Shown here: in pieces, positions 27,109-36,509 of the stretch
Layout of the letters: every line of letters begins with the position of its first letter
Numbering within the stretch: position 1 is the first letter of the stretch
NCBI GenBank assembly: GCA_018673915.1
Contig: JABHBK010000057.1
Span: 51-64,050, forward strand
Direction: 5' to 3'
DNA: 64,000 bases
Source: Nitrospina sp.
GTDB lineage: Bacteria > Nitrospinota > Nitrospinia > Nitrospinales > VA-1
Program-made: the position numbers and the translations under genes
The notes under the pieces: generated by a model
What the model was told of the DNA's origin: nothing
The model's database searches: none
Seen by the model: only the letters and a program-made list of their open reading frames with translations

Positions 27109-27471
27109 TTAGAATGTGAGAACGTTAAATCCTTCTTCCTGCAGCTGGCTAAAACTTGGCAGTCCAGTTGTTTTGGGAACGGAGTTGTCTTTGATCAGGT
27201 CATAGCCTGAGGTATTCGCTCCAAAAACATCGGCGCAGGCGCAGGAAATTCCCTGAATCTTGTCCGACACGGCTTCAAACAATTCATGGGCAGGATGATC
27301 TTCCGCTTCCAGAACTTCCGGCCATCTCGTGCCAGCCCCCTGAAAAAATATAGAGACCTCTTTGCCAGCATTCTTGAAGTCGTAGGCAGCAGCCAAGGCG
27401 TTGAAGACGCGTCCTAAAGATTCTTCTGATCCATTTTTTGGGTCTGACATGATTGCGATTGCAGTTTTCAT
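27109..27471 (-). CDS. DsrE-family-like small protein
   Basis: 120 aa from the ATG at 27471, which follows a GAGGA RBS. MKTAIAIMSDP...EVSIFFQGAGT...GISCACADVFGA pattern resembles the DsrE/DsrF fold. The N-terminal 44 aa of the track ORF look like read-through of the leader. Confidence 0.5.
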   Translation of the reverse strand: MKTAIAIMSDPKNGSEESLGRVFNALAAAYDFKNAGKEVSIFFQGAGTRWPEVLEAEDHPAHELFEAVSDKIQGISCACADVFGANTSGYDLIKDNSVPKTTGLPSFSQLQEEGFNVLTF

Positions 27472-27541
27472 TTTTGTTTTCCTCAGTTTTCTGGTTTTTA
27501 ATTTTTGCCAGGTTTCATGCCGGCTTATACAGCTTGTATAG

Positions 27542-27557
27542 AGCAGATTCCGTGCCA
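27542..27557 (-). promoter_or_regulatory. sigma-54 (-24/-12) promoter
   Basis: The minus strand reads TGGCACGGAATCTGCT, 15 of 16 matches to TGGCACG-N4-TTGCW with correct GG-N10-GC spacing. The GC lies about 70 nt upstream of the DsrE-like ATG. Confidence 0.7.
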
Positions 27558-27625
27558 AAAACAAATCATCCCCGTAACTCCTTATATTTAATAATATTAA
27601 CAATATTCTTGAAGGTGGAATTTAG

Positions 27626-27641
27626 TAGCGAATTTTCGCTA
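27626..27641. promoter_or_regulatory. perfect palindrome, candidate enhancer (UAS) site 1
   Basis: TAGCGAA-TT-TTCGCTA, about 100 bp upstream of the inferred sigma-54 start site. Confidence 0.5.
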
Positions 27642-27673
27642 TTAACGAAATTAAGTTAATTAAATATAAATTT

Positions 27674-27689
27674 TAGCGATTTTTCGTGG
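27674..27689. promoter_or_regulatory. related half-degenerate palindrome, candidate UAS site 2
   Basis: TAGCGATTTTTCGTGG matches site 1 at 12 of 16 positions. Its centre is 48 bp from site 1, and it lies 33-48 bp upstream of the activator ATG. Confidence 0.4.
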
Positions 27690-27721
27690 ATATATAGAGC
27701 CCGTGGGAATATACTGCGGAG

Positions 27722-29188
27722 ATGAAACCGAAATCAAAGAGCAGACCCGAACCTTCAGAACTAAAAGGAGCCCTTCACCTTAATAAATTGATTCTGGAAT
27801 CAGCAGGTGAGGGAATCTACGGCATTGATGCTGAAGGCATGACAACCTTTATCAATCCAGCCGCAGAAAAGATGACCGGATACTCGGCCGGGGAAATGAT
27901 AGGAAACTGCCAGCATAAACTGGTTCACCATTCAAGGCCGGATGGTACCCCCTACCCTCAGGAGGAGTGCCCCATTTACGCCGCATTCAGGAGGGGAAAA
28001 GTATTCCAAACCTCTGAAGAAGTTTTTTGGCGAAAAGATGGAACTTCCTTTCCGGTGGAGTATGTCAGCACTCCCATTCGTGAAAACATGAAATTGCTGG
28101 GAGCCGTGGTGGTCTTTAGAGATTTAACCGAACGAAAGCAAACCGAAAAAGAAATCCAGCATTTACGTCATCAATTAGAATTGGAAAATGCTTATCTCCA
28201 TGAAGAAGTGCTGAAATCCTATGGAGAAATTATTGGGAGCGGCCCGGCATTGGAAACCATTTTGAGACAAATTGAAATGGTGGGTCCCACTGATGCGAGC
28301 GTTCTCATAACCGGCGAGTCGGGGACCGGCAAGGAACTTGTCGCTCGAGAGATCCATAACCGAAGTTTGCGTAGCAAGCGAACCATGATCAAAGTCAATT
28401 GCGCCTCCATCCCTAAGGAACTCTATGAAAGCGAATTTTTTGGCCATGTGAAAGGCGCATTTACCGGCGCCATAAAAGACCGGGCAGGACGATTCCAGCT
28501 CGCGGATGGGGGAACTTTGTTCCTCGACGAGATTGGGGAAGTACCTTTGGATCTTCAAAGCAAACTTTTGCGTGTTTTACAGGAAGGAACGTTTGAAAGA
28601 ATTGGTGATGAAAAAACTCTTCGCGCAGATGTGCGGATCATTGCTGCGACCAACCGACCCTTGAAGGAAGAGGTGGAAGCCAAAAATTTCCGTCAGGACC
28701 TTTACTACCGTCTGAATGTTTTTCCGATAGAAGTTCCTCCATTACGTAACAGAAAAGAAGACATTCCGATGTTGACCTCAAGCTTTATTAAACTGGCTTC
28801 GAAAAAGTTAAACCTTCCTTCCCCTAAATTGACTCGGGCAAACATGATTGAACTGCAAGCTTACGATTGGCCGGGCAACGTGCGGGAGTTACAGAATGTC
28901 ATCGAGCGAGCGGTAATAACGTCTCAATCCGGCAAGGTTTCTTTCCAGTTATCCAAGGGAGATAACAAGCAGAAACTCTCAAAAGCCAATCAAACTCAAC
29001 CTGATGCGAAAATTAGCATACTCACGCAGAAAGAAATGAGTTTACGTGATCAGGAAAATATTTTACTTGCCTTAAACCAGTGTAACTGGAAGATCACAGG
29101 GTCTGATGGGGCCGCAGAGCAATTGGGAATAAAGCCCACCACCTTACACTCGAAAATTAAAAAGATGGGTCTTAAAAAATCAAATTAG
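27722..29188 (+). CDS. sigma-54-dependent transcriptional activator with N-terminal PAS domain
   Basis: 488 aa. PAS region, then AAA+ domain with GESGTGKE Walker A and the GAFTGA sigma-54 contact motif. C-terminal Fis-type HTH ([21 protein letters not shown]). Confidence 0.9.
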   Translation: MKPKSKSRPEPSELKGALHLNKLILESAGEGIYGIDAEGMTTFINPAAEKMTGYSAGEMIGNCQHKLVHHSRPDGTPYPQEECPIYAAFRRGKVFQTSEEVFWRKDGTSFPVEYVSTPIRENMKLLGAVVVFRDLTERKQTEKEIQHLRHQLELENAYLHEEVLKSYGEIIGSGPALETILRQIEMVGPTDASVLITGESGTGKELVAREIHNRSLRSKRTMIKVNCASIPKELYESEFFGHVKGAFTGAIKDRAGRFQLADGGTLFLDEIGEVPLDLQSKLLRVLQEGTFERIGDEKTLRADVRIIAATNRPLKEEVEAKNFRQDLYYRLNVFPIEVPPLRNRKEDIPMLTSSFIKLASKKLNLPSPKLTRANMIELQAYDWPGNVRELQNVIERAVITSQSGKVSFQLSKGDNKQKLSKANQTQPDAKISILTQKEMSLRDQENILLALNQCNWKITGSDGAAEQLGIKPTTLHSKIKKMGLKKSN

Positions 29189-29383
29189 CCTGGCTCGAAT
29201 GGCCTTCAAATAATCATCCCTGCAAAATTCACCTGCAAAGTTCAAAGTAATAGACAACTCCTCCAAAGCATATGGTGGTAGGTTTCTGCATGGATCTTTT
29301 GTTTTGCAAAAAGCTTGTTTTTGTATAGTATGAGATATCGATTGAAGAGCATCACCAAGACAACTGAAGGAGAAAATAAATTT

Positions 29384-29704
29384 ATGGCCGAACATAATTT
29401 AGGGGATAGCCATCAGGTTTTCGATGGAGAAGGCAAAACATTTACCATCAACGACAAGCACGTAGCCATATTCAATATTAACGGTGACCTTTTTGCATTT
29501 GAGGATGCCTGCAAACATATGGGAGGATCCCTGGGTAAAGGTAAGTTGGAGGGGAATCTGGTAGCCTGCCCGAATCACGGCTGGCAATATGATGTCACCA
29601 ACGGCAAATGTGTTACCGAGAACGAATGTGAATCAGGATGTCGAGTAGATACCTTTCCTGTAAAAACAGAGAACAACGAAATAATTCTAAGCTTACCTGA
29701 ATAA
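29384..29704 (+). CDS. Rieske [2Fe-2S] domain protein (NirD-like small subunit type)
   Basis: 106 aa from the ATG at 29384, which follows a GAAGGAG RBS. Rieske ligand motifs CKHMGG and CPNHGW. Confidence 0.75.
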   Translation: MAEHNLGDSHQVFDGEGKTFTINDKHVAIFNINGDLFAFEDACKHMGGSLGKGKLEGNLVACPNHGWQYDVTNGKCVTENECESGCRVDTFPVKTENNEIILSLPE

Positions 29705-29717
29705 GTATTTCTTTGTT

Positions 29718-30833
29718 TTAGGGGCGCAAAAGGTGAATCAGGTTTCCAGCGGCATAGGCGCGAACAACTTCCAGGGAATCCTGCAGCAACTCCATGAGTA
29801 TTGGGAAAGCTTCCGGCCCTCCCATCATCCCCACAGCCCGCACTGATGCAGTACGAACCCGAGAGTGCTTATCCTTCAGTGCTAGCTTCAGAATACGTTC
29901 CCGTTCAGGGATAGATATTTCTCCTAATACCCGTGCCATAGCACTACGCACTCCAAAGTCCGGGTGTTGCAACAGCTCTTCAAACACAATCTGGCAGGAA
30001 CTGGAACCCATACGGTATAGCGCGACGGCCGCTGAGAGTTTCACCATCCCATCTTTGTCTGCGCATAAAGGAATTAAATCTGGCTCCGCCTCTTTAAGAT
30101 TACCCATCGCCAACGCCGCTGCGTATCGGACAGATGAATTATCATGCTGAATCAATTCCCTGAGCTTGGGTAACATATCCGGGGTGGTCATGCCTTCCAC
30201 CGCCTTAAGGCTGTAAAAAACCATTTCAGGTTCCGTGTGGTCAAACAACTTTGCCAAATGCGGCAAAACTTCCTGAGTACCTATCTTGCCAAGATATCCG
30301 ATAGCCTGATACCTACGATCAGGAACAGGATGAGTGAGCGGTTCCAGTACATCCTCGAGATATTTCCCCTCTCCATGTTTGACAAGTCCTGATGAAGCTG
30401 CCATACGCACTGGAACATCGTAGGACTTCAAAAATTTTCTTACTTCATCAATCTCTCTTCCTTCATCACCAAGTATCTCCACCGCCGCACTACGAACCCA
30501 TATGTCTGTATCATCCGTCATTCTACGCGCCGCTTTCAAAGCTTCGGATGGAGATACCCGCAATAATCCTTGCAGAGCGAACAAACGCGCCGTTGGATAA
30601 ACATCTTCCGTTGCCTTATTGAGCAAAGGAATCAACTCCGGGTCGTGGGACTCACCTGCCGCTCGAGCTGCCGCGGCCCGCAAAAAAGCTCGTTCACTTT
30701 GATAAATAGTTTGCAAAACAGCCAGACTGGTCTCACGAATTTTCTTAACCACTGCATCCGGTCGGGAGCCAGAAAATCCCACTTCAGGAACAACCATCAT
30801 TACCAGCAAAAAACCAATTATCCGAACTATCAT
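29718..30833 (-). CDS. exported HEAT-repeat protein
   Basis: 371 aa. Signal peptide followed by repeated ...D.D..VR..AA.ALG... HEAT/PBS-lyase-like units. Overlaps the upstream GT2 gene end. Confidence 0.65.
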   Translation of the reverse strand: MIVRIIGFLLVMMVVPEVGFSGSRPDAVVKKIRETSLAVLQTIYQSERAFLRAAAARAAGESHDPELIPLLNKATEDVYPTARLFALQGLLRVSPSEALKAARRMTDDTDIWVRSAAVEILGDEGREIDEVRKFLKSYDVPVRMAASSGLVKHGEGKYLEDVLEPLTHPVPDRRYQAIGYLGKIGTQEVLPHLAKLFDHTEPEMVFYSLKAVEGMTTPDMLPKLRELIQHDNSSVRYAAALAMGNLKEAEPDLIPLCADKDGMVKLSAAVALYRMGSSSCQIVFEELLQHPDFGVRSAMARVLGEISIPERERILKLALKDKHSRVRTASVRAVGMMGGPEAFPILMELLQDSLEVVRAYAAGNLIHLLRP

Positions 30834-31681
30834 TTTAGAGGCACCTCAGCCAGCCCCGAATATCTTGCGGCCAAGGTCCGATAATGCTCCGCATCCTGAC
30901 TTTTTCCCCGCTTATCGTAACCGATAACAAGAACCCTGCATTTTTCAATCAACATCGCCACCACTCCATCCCTTTGTTCTTCTTTCAACTGGTTTTCTTT
31001 CAACAGTTTTTCCAATGCATAGACCCGCCAGCGATCCATGCCCCAGTATTTGCGCGACAACTGGTCCTCATGCCCTCCGCGTTTGACAATTAATTTCTCT
31101 TCAATGAAATGGAAGGGGTAATGTTTAGCGATGCGCAACCACAAATCATAATCCTCACAAACTGGCATGGACTCATCGAATCCACCTAACTCTCTCAGCA
31201 ACTGAGCCCGCAGCAATACCGAAGACGGACTGACAATGCACAACGGTAGACAATAGGGGAAAATATCTCTGGAATACTTCCTGTGCTTGTTCATCGGGTT
31301 CACCCGCACTCCATTACGTATCCAAACTTCATCCGTGTAAACCGCCTGGCAATCAGGGTGCTTCTCTATCCATTTTATCTGAGCTTCCAGTTTTCCCTTT
31401 TCCCACAAATCATCCGAATCGAGAAACGCAATCCAATCTCCTCGCGCCTGCTCTAATCCCCGGTTACGAGCAAAGGAGACTCCCCGGTTTTTCTCCAGAC
31501 AAATCATCTGGGTGCCCGGGAACTTGCGTACAATCTCAAGGGTATTGTCGGTAGACCCATCATCCACCACAATTAACTCAAGATTAGTAAAGCTTTGATC
31601 CAATACTGAGCAAATCGACTCGGCCAAACAATAGCCGCGGTTGAAAGTGGGAATGATAATAGAGACCAGAGGTTTAGACAT
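30830..31681 (-). CDS. family 2 glycosyltransferase
   Basis: 283 aa. VSIIIPTFNRG...LIVVDDGSTDNT and DSDD motifs. Confidence 0.85.
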   Translation of the reverse strand: MSKPLVSIIIPTFNRGYCLAESICSVLDQSFTNLELIVVDDGSTDNTLEIVRKFPGTQMICLEKNRGVSFARNRGLEQARGDWIAFLDSDDLWEKGKLEAQIKWIEKHPDCQAVYTDEVWIRNGVRVNPMNKHRKYSRDIFPYCLPLCIVSPSSVLLRAQLLRELGGFDESMPVCEDYDLWLRIAKHYPFHFIEEKLIVKRGGHEDQLSRKYWGMDRWRVYALEKLLKENQLKEEQRDGVVAMLIEKCRVLVIGYDKRGKSQDAEHYRTLAARYSGLAEVPLK

Positions 31682-31997
31682 TGTATTTTTTACCCTTTTC
31701 GGGGCCGCAATTTTAATTCGCCAAAATCACTATCCGGAAATTTTGTGGCAAAATTTAGAGGTATGTAGACCAAACAGACTGAAAACAGCCCTAAGTTCAA
31801 TAAGGTACGCAAATGCAAGCATATCACAACCCTAAGCCTAGACATAAATGCCTTGACAAAACAGCAAAATTCTCCTAAAAATGAGTGCTTTCTACAGAGT
31901 AACAGATTTAAAAACAGACTACTAGCCAGGCATATCCTGATGGAGCAGCAGTTGGGAGGCCAGAGTGTGGTAGCGCAGTTTGATATTCAGGATTATT

Positions 31998-32990
31998 ATG
32001 GAATTCAGGGACGTCACGCAGGATTTAAAAAGCGACCTCGCCAGGGTTGAGAAGGCGATCAATCAAAACTATAAATCAGATGTTCCCCTGATTCCAGGAA
32101 TCAGCGCCTATCTGATGAGTTGTGGAGGCAAACGTATCCGCCCCATGCTCACCCTTCTCGGAGCAAAACTCTGTGGGCGCGAAACCGACGACACGATCGT
32201 TAAACATGGCTGTGTGGTTGAATACATTCATGCCGCCACTCTGCTTCACGATGATGTGGTCGATGAGACCACTGTCCGGCGCGGCAAAGAAACCGTCAAC
32301 GCTAAATGGGGAAGCGATGCCAGCATTTTGGTCGGCGACTTCCTCATCTCGCGCGCAATTTTGATCCTTGCAGAAGACTGCGAACGTAAAATCATCCATG
32401 CCGTAACCGAAGCCACGAAAATTCTTGTCGAAGGCGGCATTCACGAATACACCGAAGCCCGTAACATCAACGTTACCGAAAAACATATACTCGATATCAT
32501 CCACCGTAAAACCGCGTCCATGATTTCTGTCAGCGCAAGGCTCGGGGGATTGCTCGCCAACGCTACTGAAGAACAGGAAACCGCTATCATCTCCTTTGGA
32601 GATGATTTCGGCATGGCTTTCCAGTTGATGGATGACGCGCTTGATTACGACGCCGATGAAGCCGTACTGGGTAAACCTCCAGGAACCGATTTCAAAGAAG
32701 GACATGTCACCCTACCTCTGCATCATCTATATAACCATGCAGATCGGTCGCTGAAAAAAGAGATCGAAGCCTTCATCAAAAATGAAAACATCACCGAAAA
32801 AGATTTGCAGTATGTCGTTGAGCATATGCATAAACTAAAGTCCATCGACTACACTTTGAACCTCGCTCGCTTCTACATCGACCGGGCCAAATCCCATCTC
32901 AGAAAAGCCGATTTTCCGTCTCCGCAATATATCGAATACTTTGATGCTGTGGCAGATTATATCTATAGCCGACATGCCGTCACCCCTTAA
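31998..32990 (+). CDS. ispB: polyprenyl diphosphate synthase (IspB-like)
   Basis: Two aspartate-rich motifs, LLHDDVVDE and MDDALDY. Start taken at MEFRDV, which follows an AGGA RBS. Confidence 0.85.
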   Translation: MEFRDVTQDLKSDLARVEKAINQNYKSDVPLIPGISAYLMSCGGKRIRPMLTLLGAKLCGRETDDTIVKHGCVVEYIHAATLLHDDVVDETTVRRGKETVNAKWGSDASILVGDFLISRAILILAEDCERKIIHAVTEATKILVEGGIHEYTEARNINVTEKHILDIIHRKTASMISVSARLGGLLANATEEQETAIISFGDDFGMAFQLMDDALDYDADEAVLGKPPGTDFKEGHVTLPLHHLYNHADRSLKKEIEAFIKNENITEKDLQYVVEHMHKLKSIDYTLNLARFYIDRAKSHLRKADFPSPQYIEYFDAVADYIYSRHAVTP

Positions 32991-33076
32991 CCAGGAAAGC
33001 AAAGTAGTGGTGACGCTTAGTGACCACCAAGGGCCTGGACTGTGAAACAAGTCTCATAAAATTTTAAGGGAATACC

Positions 33077-33589
33077 ATGCCTGCCCATCCCCTGGTGTCT
33101 CTTGCCATCCGCTCAATCAAACACCAACTCGAAAACGGCCGTTCCCTGCCCTGCCCCGATCCTTTGCCAGAAGAGTTGAAAATCCAGGCTGGAACTTTTG
33201 TCTCCATTAAAAAGAACAGATTGTTAAGAGGTTGCATAGGCACCATTCAGCCGAAATACGCCAATCTCGCCGAAGAAGTCATCCAGAACGCTATCAAAGC
33301 GGCTAACGAAGACCCTCGCTTTCCTCCAATAGAAATGAAAGAACTCGACCAACTCACCATCTCGGTCGACATATTGACTCCACCGGAAAAAATTGCAGAC
33401 ACGGCATCACTGGATGTGAAACGCTATGGGATGATCGTACGGTTCAAAGGCCAGCAAGGATTACTCCTCCCAAATTTAGAAAATATCAAATCGGTAGATC
33501 AGCAACTGAAAATCTGTCTCAAAAAAGGCGGGATAAAAGAAACCGAACCCTACGAACTGTTCCGCTTCGAAGTCAAAAGATTCCACTAA
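33077..33589 (+). CDS. AMMECR1 domain protein
   Basis: 170 aa. GCIGT motif and overall AMMECR1 pattern (...FVSIKKNRLLRGCIGTIQP...). Confidence 0.75.
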   Translation: MPAHPLVSLAIRSIKHQLENGRSLPCPDPLPEELKIQAGTFVSIKKNRLLRGCIGTIQPKYANLAEEVIQNAIKAANEDPRFPPIEMKELDQLTISVDILTPPEKIADTASLDVKRYGMIVRFKGQQGLLLPNLENIKSVDQQLKICLKKGGIKETEPYELFRFEVKRFH

Positions 33590-33723
33590 CCGCTGGGTAA
33601 GCGGATAGCAATGGCTACTCCAGCGAGCAATAGCTAACGTAGCTCCACGAGCCCTACTCGTTTCCTCTATGGGCCAGAAGGAAAAGCTTTTCATACACAA
33701 AAAGATATGTTAAATAAATTCTT

Positions 33724-34179
33724 GTGAGCTATTTGCAGAAAAAAATTATTCTTCCTCTTGTAGATTTATTAAAACAGGGGATGGATCCTTCCAGCCTTTC
33801 TTTAGCATTAACTTCTGGTGCCCTAATCGGTATCTTTCCGGTATTAGGAATCGCGACGGTTGTGTGCGGAGGTGTTGCGGTGTTTTTTCGCCTGAATCAT
33901 CCCGCGATTCAATTGGCTAATTACATTGTTTTCCCAATGCAAATAGTTCTATTTTTCCCCTTCCTGACAATAGGGGAAGCCGTGACCGGGAACTCCCTGG
34001 ACGAGATTTCACAAACAAAGTTAGCTGAGACCTTCAACCTCGGTTTTCTGCCTGCGGTGCAAGAACTAACCCAGTATTTTATGCTTGCTTCTCTGGGATG
34101 GTTCCTTGCTCTTATACCCTTGTTCGGAATCTTATACTTTTCCCTGAAACACCTAATTTCTATCCGGCTAAATCCCTAA
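33724..34179 (+). CDS. DUF2062-like membrane protein
   Basis: 151 aa. ...LALTSGALIGIFPVLGIATVVC...RLNHPAIQLANYIVFP... pattern. GTG start. Confidence 0.5.
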   Translation: MSYLQKKIILPLVDLLKQGMDPSSLSLALTSGALIGIFPVLGIATVVCGGVAVFFRLNHPAIQLANYIVFPMQIVLFFPFLTIGEAVTGNSLDEISQTKLAETFNLGFLPAVQELTQYFMLASLGWFLALIPLFGILYFSLKHLISIRLNP

Positions 34180-34258
34180 TAAAATTATTGTCATGCAGGA
34201 TCTGTAATTTATTGCAACCCCATCATCTAAGGGTTAGAACGATGGCCTCTTCAGAGGT

Positions 34259-35113
34259 CTACATTTTGATTTCTAATAATTGACTTCGGGCGATCAATAA
34301 CGATCCGAGAAATTCTTTTTTGACATCTTTTTCCTCAACCATTTCCTGCGGCACACTCCACAGACCTAAAACACTAACCAGATAGGACATGTTAGTAGCA
34401 AGGGAAAACAGACTGGATTGAGGATTGACCTTGAGGGTGAACTCTATTTCGGTCAGCGATCGTGGTCCTGTTCGCCGGGAAAAAATATATCGTTTTTTCT
34501 CATCATCTAAATCACCATCATAAATTTCAGCAAAAGGTTTGCCAATCAATTCTTTCACCTCATACCCCAGAGTCCTGATAGACTCATTGACGAAATCTAT
34601 GTTTCCATTTGGATTGACTTGAAAAACCAGATCGGATACCGAGTCCACAATTCGACGAAGCTTTTCTTCACTCTGCTTCAATTCCAGGTAGCCGGTATTA
34701 AGCGCTTCAGTATCTTCCCGATTTCTTTCAGACAGGGTTTTGGAAATATCCCAGATTATTTTAGGGTTGGAACCTAAAAAACTATTAAAAACATCCTTAT
34801 CGATTTCCAGTAATACCGAATCGTTAATTGCTCTGATGCCGGTAGAGCGGGGTTTGGATTCCAACAGGGACATTTCACCAAAAAAGTCACCAACCCCCCG
34901 GTATGCGATGTGCCTATGTTTCTTATACACTTCCACTGTTCCAGCAAGAATTATAAACATGCTTTCCTTAAATGAGTTTTCCTCAAAAAGGATTTCCCCG
35001 GTTTTTAATGAAATACTCTCGCAGGAACTCAGGAGATACCACAGGCTATCCTCTTGAAGGAGTTTACTGAAGGAAACTAACTGCAAAGCAGATATTTTTT
35101 GTTCTTGGTCCAT
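34259..35113 (-). CDS. cyclic-nucleotide-binding plus PAS domain protein (paralog 1)
   Basis: 284 aa. CAP_ED motif FFGEMSLLESKPRSTGIRA, followed by a PAS-like region (RIVDSVSDLVFQVNPNGNIDFVNES...). Confidence 0.75.
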   Translation of the reverse strand: MDQEQKISALQLVSFSKLLQEDSLWYLLSSCESISLKTGEILFEENSFKESMFIILAGTVEVYKKHRHIAYRGVGDFFGEMSLLESKPRSTGIRAINDSVLLEIDKDVFNSFLGSNPKIIWDISKTLSERNREDTEALNTGYLELKQSEEKLRRIVDSVSDLVFQVNPNGNIDFVNESIRTLGYEVKELIGKPFAEIYDGDLDDEKKRYIFSRRTGPRSLTEIEFTLKVNPQSSLFSLATNMSYLVSVLGLWSVPQEMVEEKDVKKEFLGSLLIARSQLLEIKM

Positions 35114-35394
35114 ATGTGAAAAGTAAGAGAGAGAAAACTAGTTCCTAATATTTAAATAGGCTAGCCTGCCTAAATAAGTTGTACTGCATGAATAATCAAG
35201 TAAATAGAACGATCTGTAAATCCCACGTACAGGGGGGCGGTTACTAATTCAGGAAATACCAATGCATTTCCTTGTAAAATTTAACTCAAGGATAACAAGA
35301 TTCTTTTTGTAGAGATACGGGGCTTGAGGATCAGGCTGAGCCAGGTGGCATGTGGAGGGATACGAAAAGCAATCAGGTCGGTTGCATCAGATAT

Positions 35395-36249
35395 CTACAC
35401 TATAAGACCCTTTTTATCAGTGCGGGCGATCAGCAAAGATCCCAAAAATTCTTTTGTTGCCCCTTTTTTCAAAACTATTTCCTGCGGCACATTCCACATG
35501 CCTGAAGTATTAACCAGAAAGGGCAAGTACCAAATAAGACCGTGCAAGCTGGAGAGCGGATTAACTTTTAAGGAAACCTCCATATTGATCGTTGCGCGAA
35601 GTCCGACTCGCCGGGTCAAAATATGGTGTTTTCTTATATCACCGAGTTTGCCATCAAATATTTCAGAAAAACGCTTGCCGATCAAATTGTCCACCTCATA
35701 GCCCAAAGAACTAACTGATCGATTGGCGAAACAAATGACTCCTTCAGGATCGACTTGAATAATTATGTCAGAGATTGATTCCACGATCCCGCGGTGTTTT
35801 TCCTCACTGCGTTTCAATTCCCCATAGCCAGAGTCTATGACATCGAGATCTGACCGGTTTCTTTGTGATAGGGTTTTTAAAATATCCCAGATAGCTTTAG
35901 TGTTGGAACCGATATAACTAAAAAAAGTATCTTTATCTATTTCCAGTAATACCGAGTCGGTAACCGCTCTAACACTGGCAGAACGAGGCTTGGATTCCAA
36001 CAGTGACATTTCACCAAAAAATCCGCCCATCTCCTGGAAAGCAATGTGCTTGTTCTGCTTGTACACTTCCAGTTTTCCATCAAGGACAACGAACATGCTT
36101 TCTTTAAATGATTTTTCTGCAAAAAGGACTTGACCTGCCTTCAATGAAATATTCTCGCAGGCATATAGGAGATACCAAAGGTCATCATCCTGAATAAATT
36201 TGGAAAATGACACCTGTTTTAAAGCAGATCTTTTCTGGTATAAATGCAT
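35395..36249 (-). CDS. cyclic-nucleotide-binding plus PAS domain protein (paralog 2)
   Basis: 284 aa. Colinear with paralog 1 and roughly half the residues identical by eye. FFGEMSLLESKPRSASVRA motif. Confidence 0.75.
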   Translation of the reverse strand: MHLYQKRSALKQVSFSKFIQDDDLWYLLYACENISLKAGQVLFAEKSFKESMFVVLDGKLEVYKQNKHIAFQEMGGFFGEMSLLESKPRSASVRAVTDSVLLEIDKDTFFSYIGSNTKAIWDILKTLSQRNRSDLDVIDSGYGELKRSEEKHRGIVESISDIIIQVDPEGVICFANRSVSSLGYEVDNLIGKRFSEIFDGKLGDIRKHHILTRRVGLRATINMEVSLKVNPLSSLHGLIWYLPFLVNTSGMWNVPQEIVLKKGATKEFLGSLLIARTDKKGLIV

Positions 36250-36509
36250 AAAAAAATAAGGGGTGAAAGAATTAATTATCCGTCAATGGATAATGTACGC
36301 TTGTTTGGTAAAGTTAGCAACCCGAGAATGAAGAGAGAGTGCCACCTTCGACTCGCGGTGCTACAGGAGTTGTTACAACTTGGTTACAATTCTCCAAATC
36401 CCCCATTCAAGGGATGGTAAAAAATCCGGATATCCATTCTAATGACTTTTATTGCACTATTTTCCTTCCTGCGGAATAGCCGACTAACATTCGCTAGCAT
36501 TCAAACACC

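Noticed and set aside
27472-27603. N-terminal 44-aa extension of the DsrE-like ORF in the track
   Set aside because: The extension runs through the sigma-54 promoter and leader and has an odd composition. The internal ATG at 27471 has a GAGGA Shine-Dalgarno.
29273-29290. Sigma-54-like TGGTGGTAGGTTTCTGCA upstream of the Rieske gene
   Set aside because: None of the GG dinucleotides is 10 nt from the GC (spacings are 12, 9 and 5), so the -24/-12 geometry fails.
32076-32705. 209-aa ORF on the minus strand
   Set aside because: It lies entirely antisense within the well-supported ispB gene. It has no RBS and a low-complexity composition typical of shadow ORFs.
33590-33723. Partially repeated GCTACTCCAGCGAGC / GTAGCTCCACGAGC segments downstream of the AMMECR1 gene
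   Set aside because: The repeat is imperfect, with no stable hairpin plus U-run and no promoter motifs. There is not enough evidence for an RNA element.
36328-36345. Perfect TGGCAC on the minus strand upstream of cNMP-PAS paralog 2
   Set aside because: The -12 region reads CTTC instead of TTGC, so the near-invariant GC is missing.
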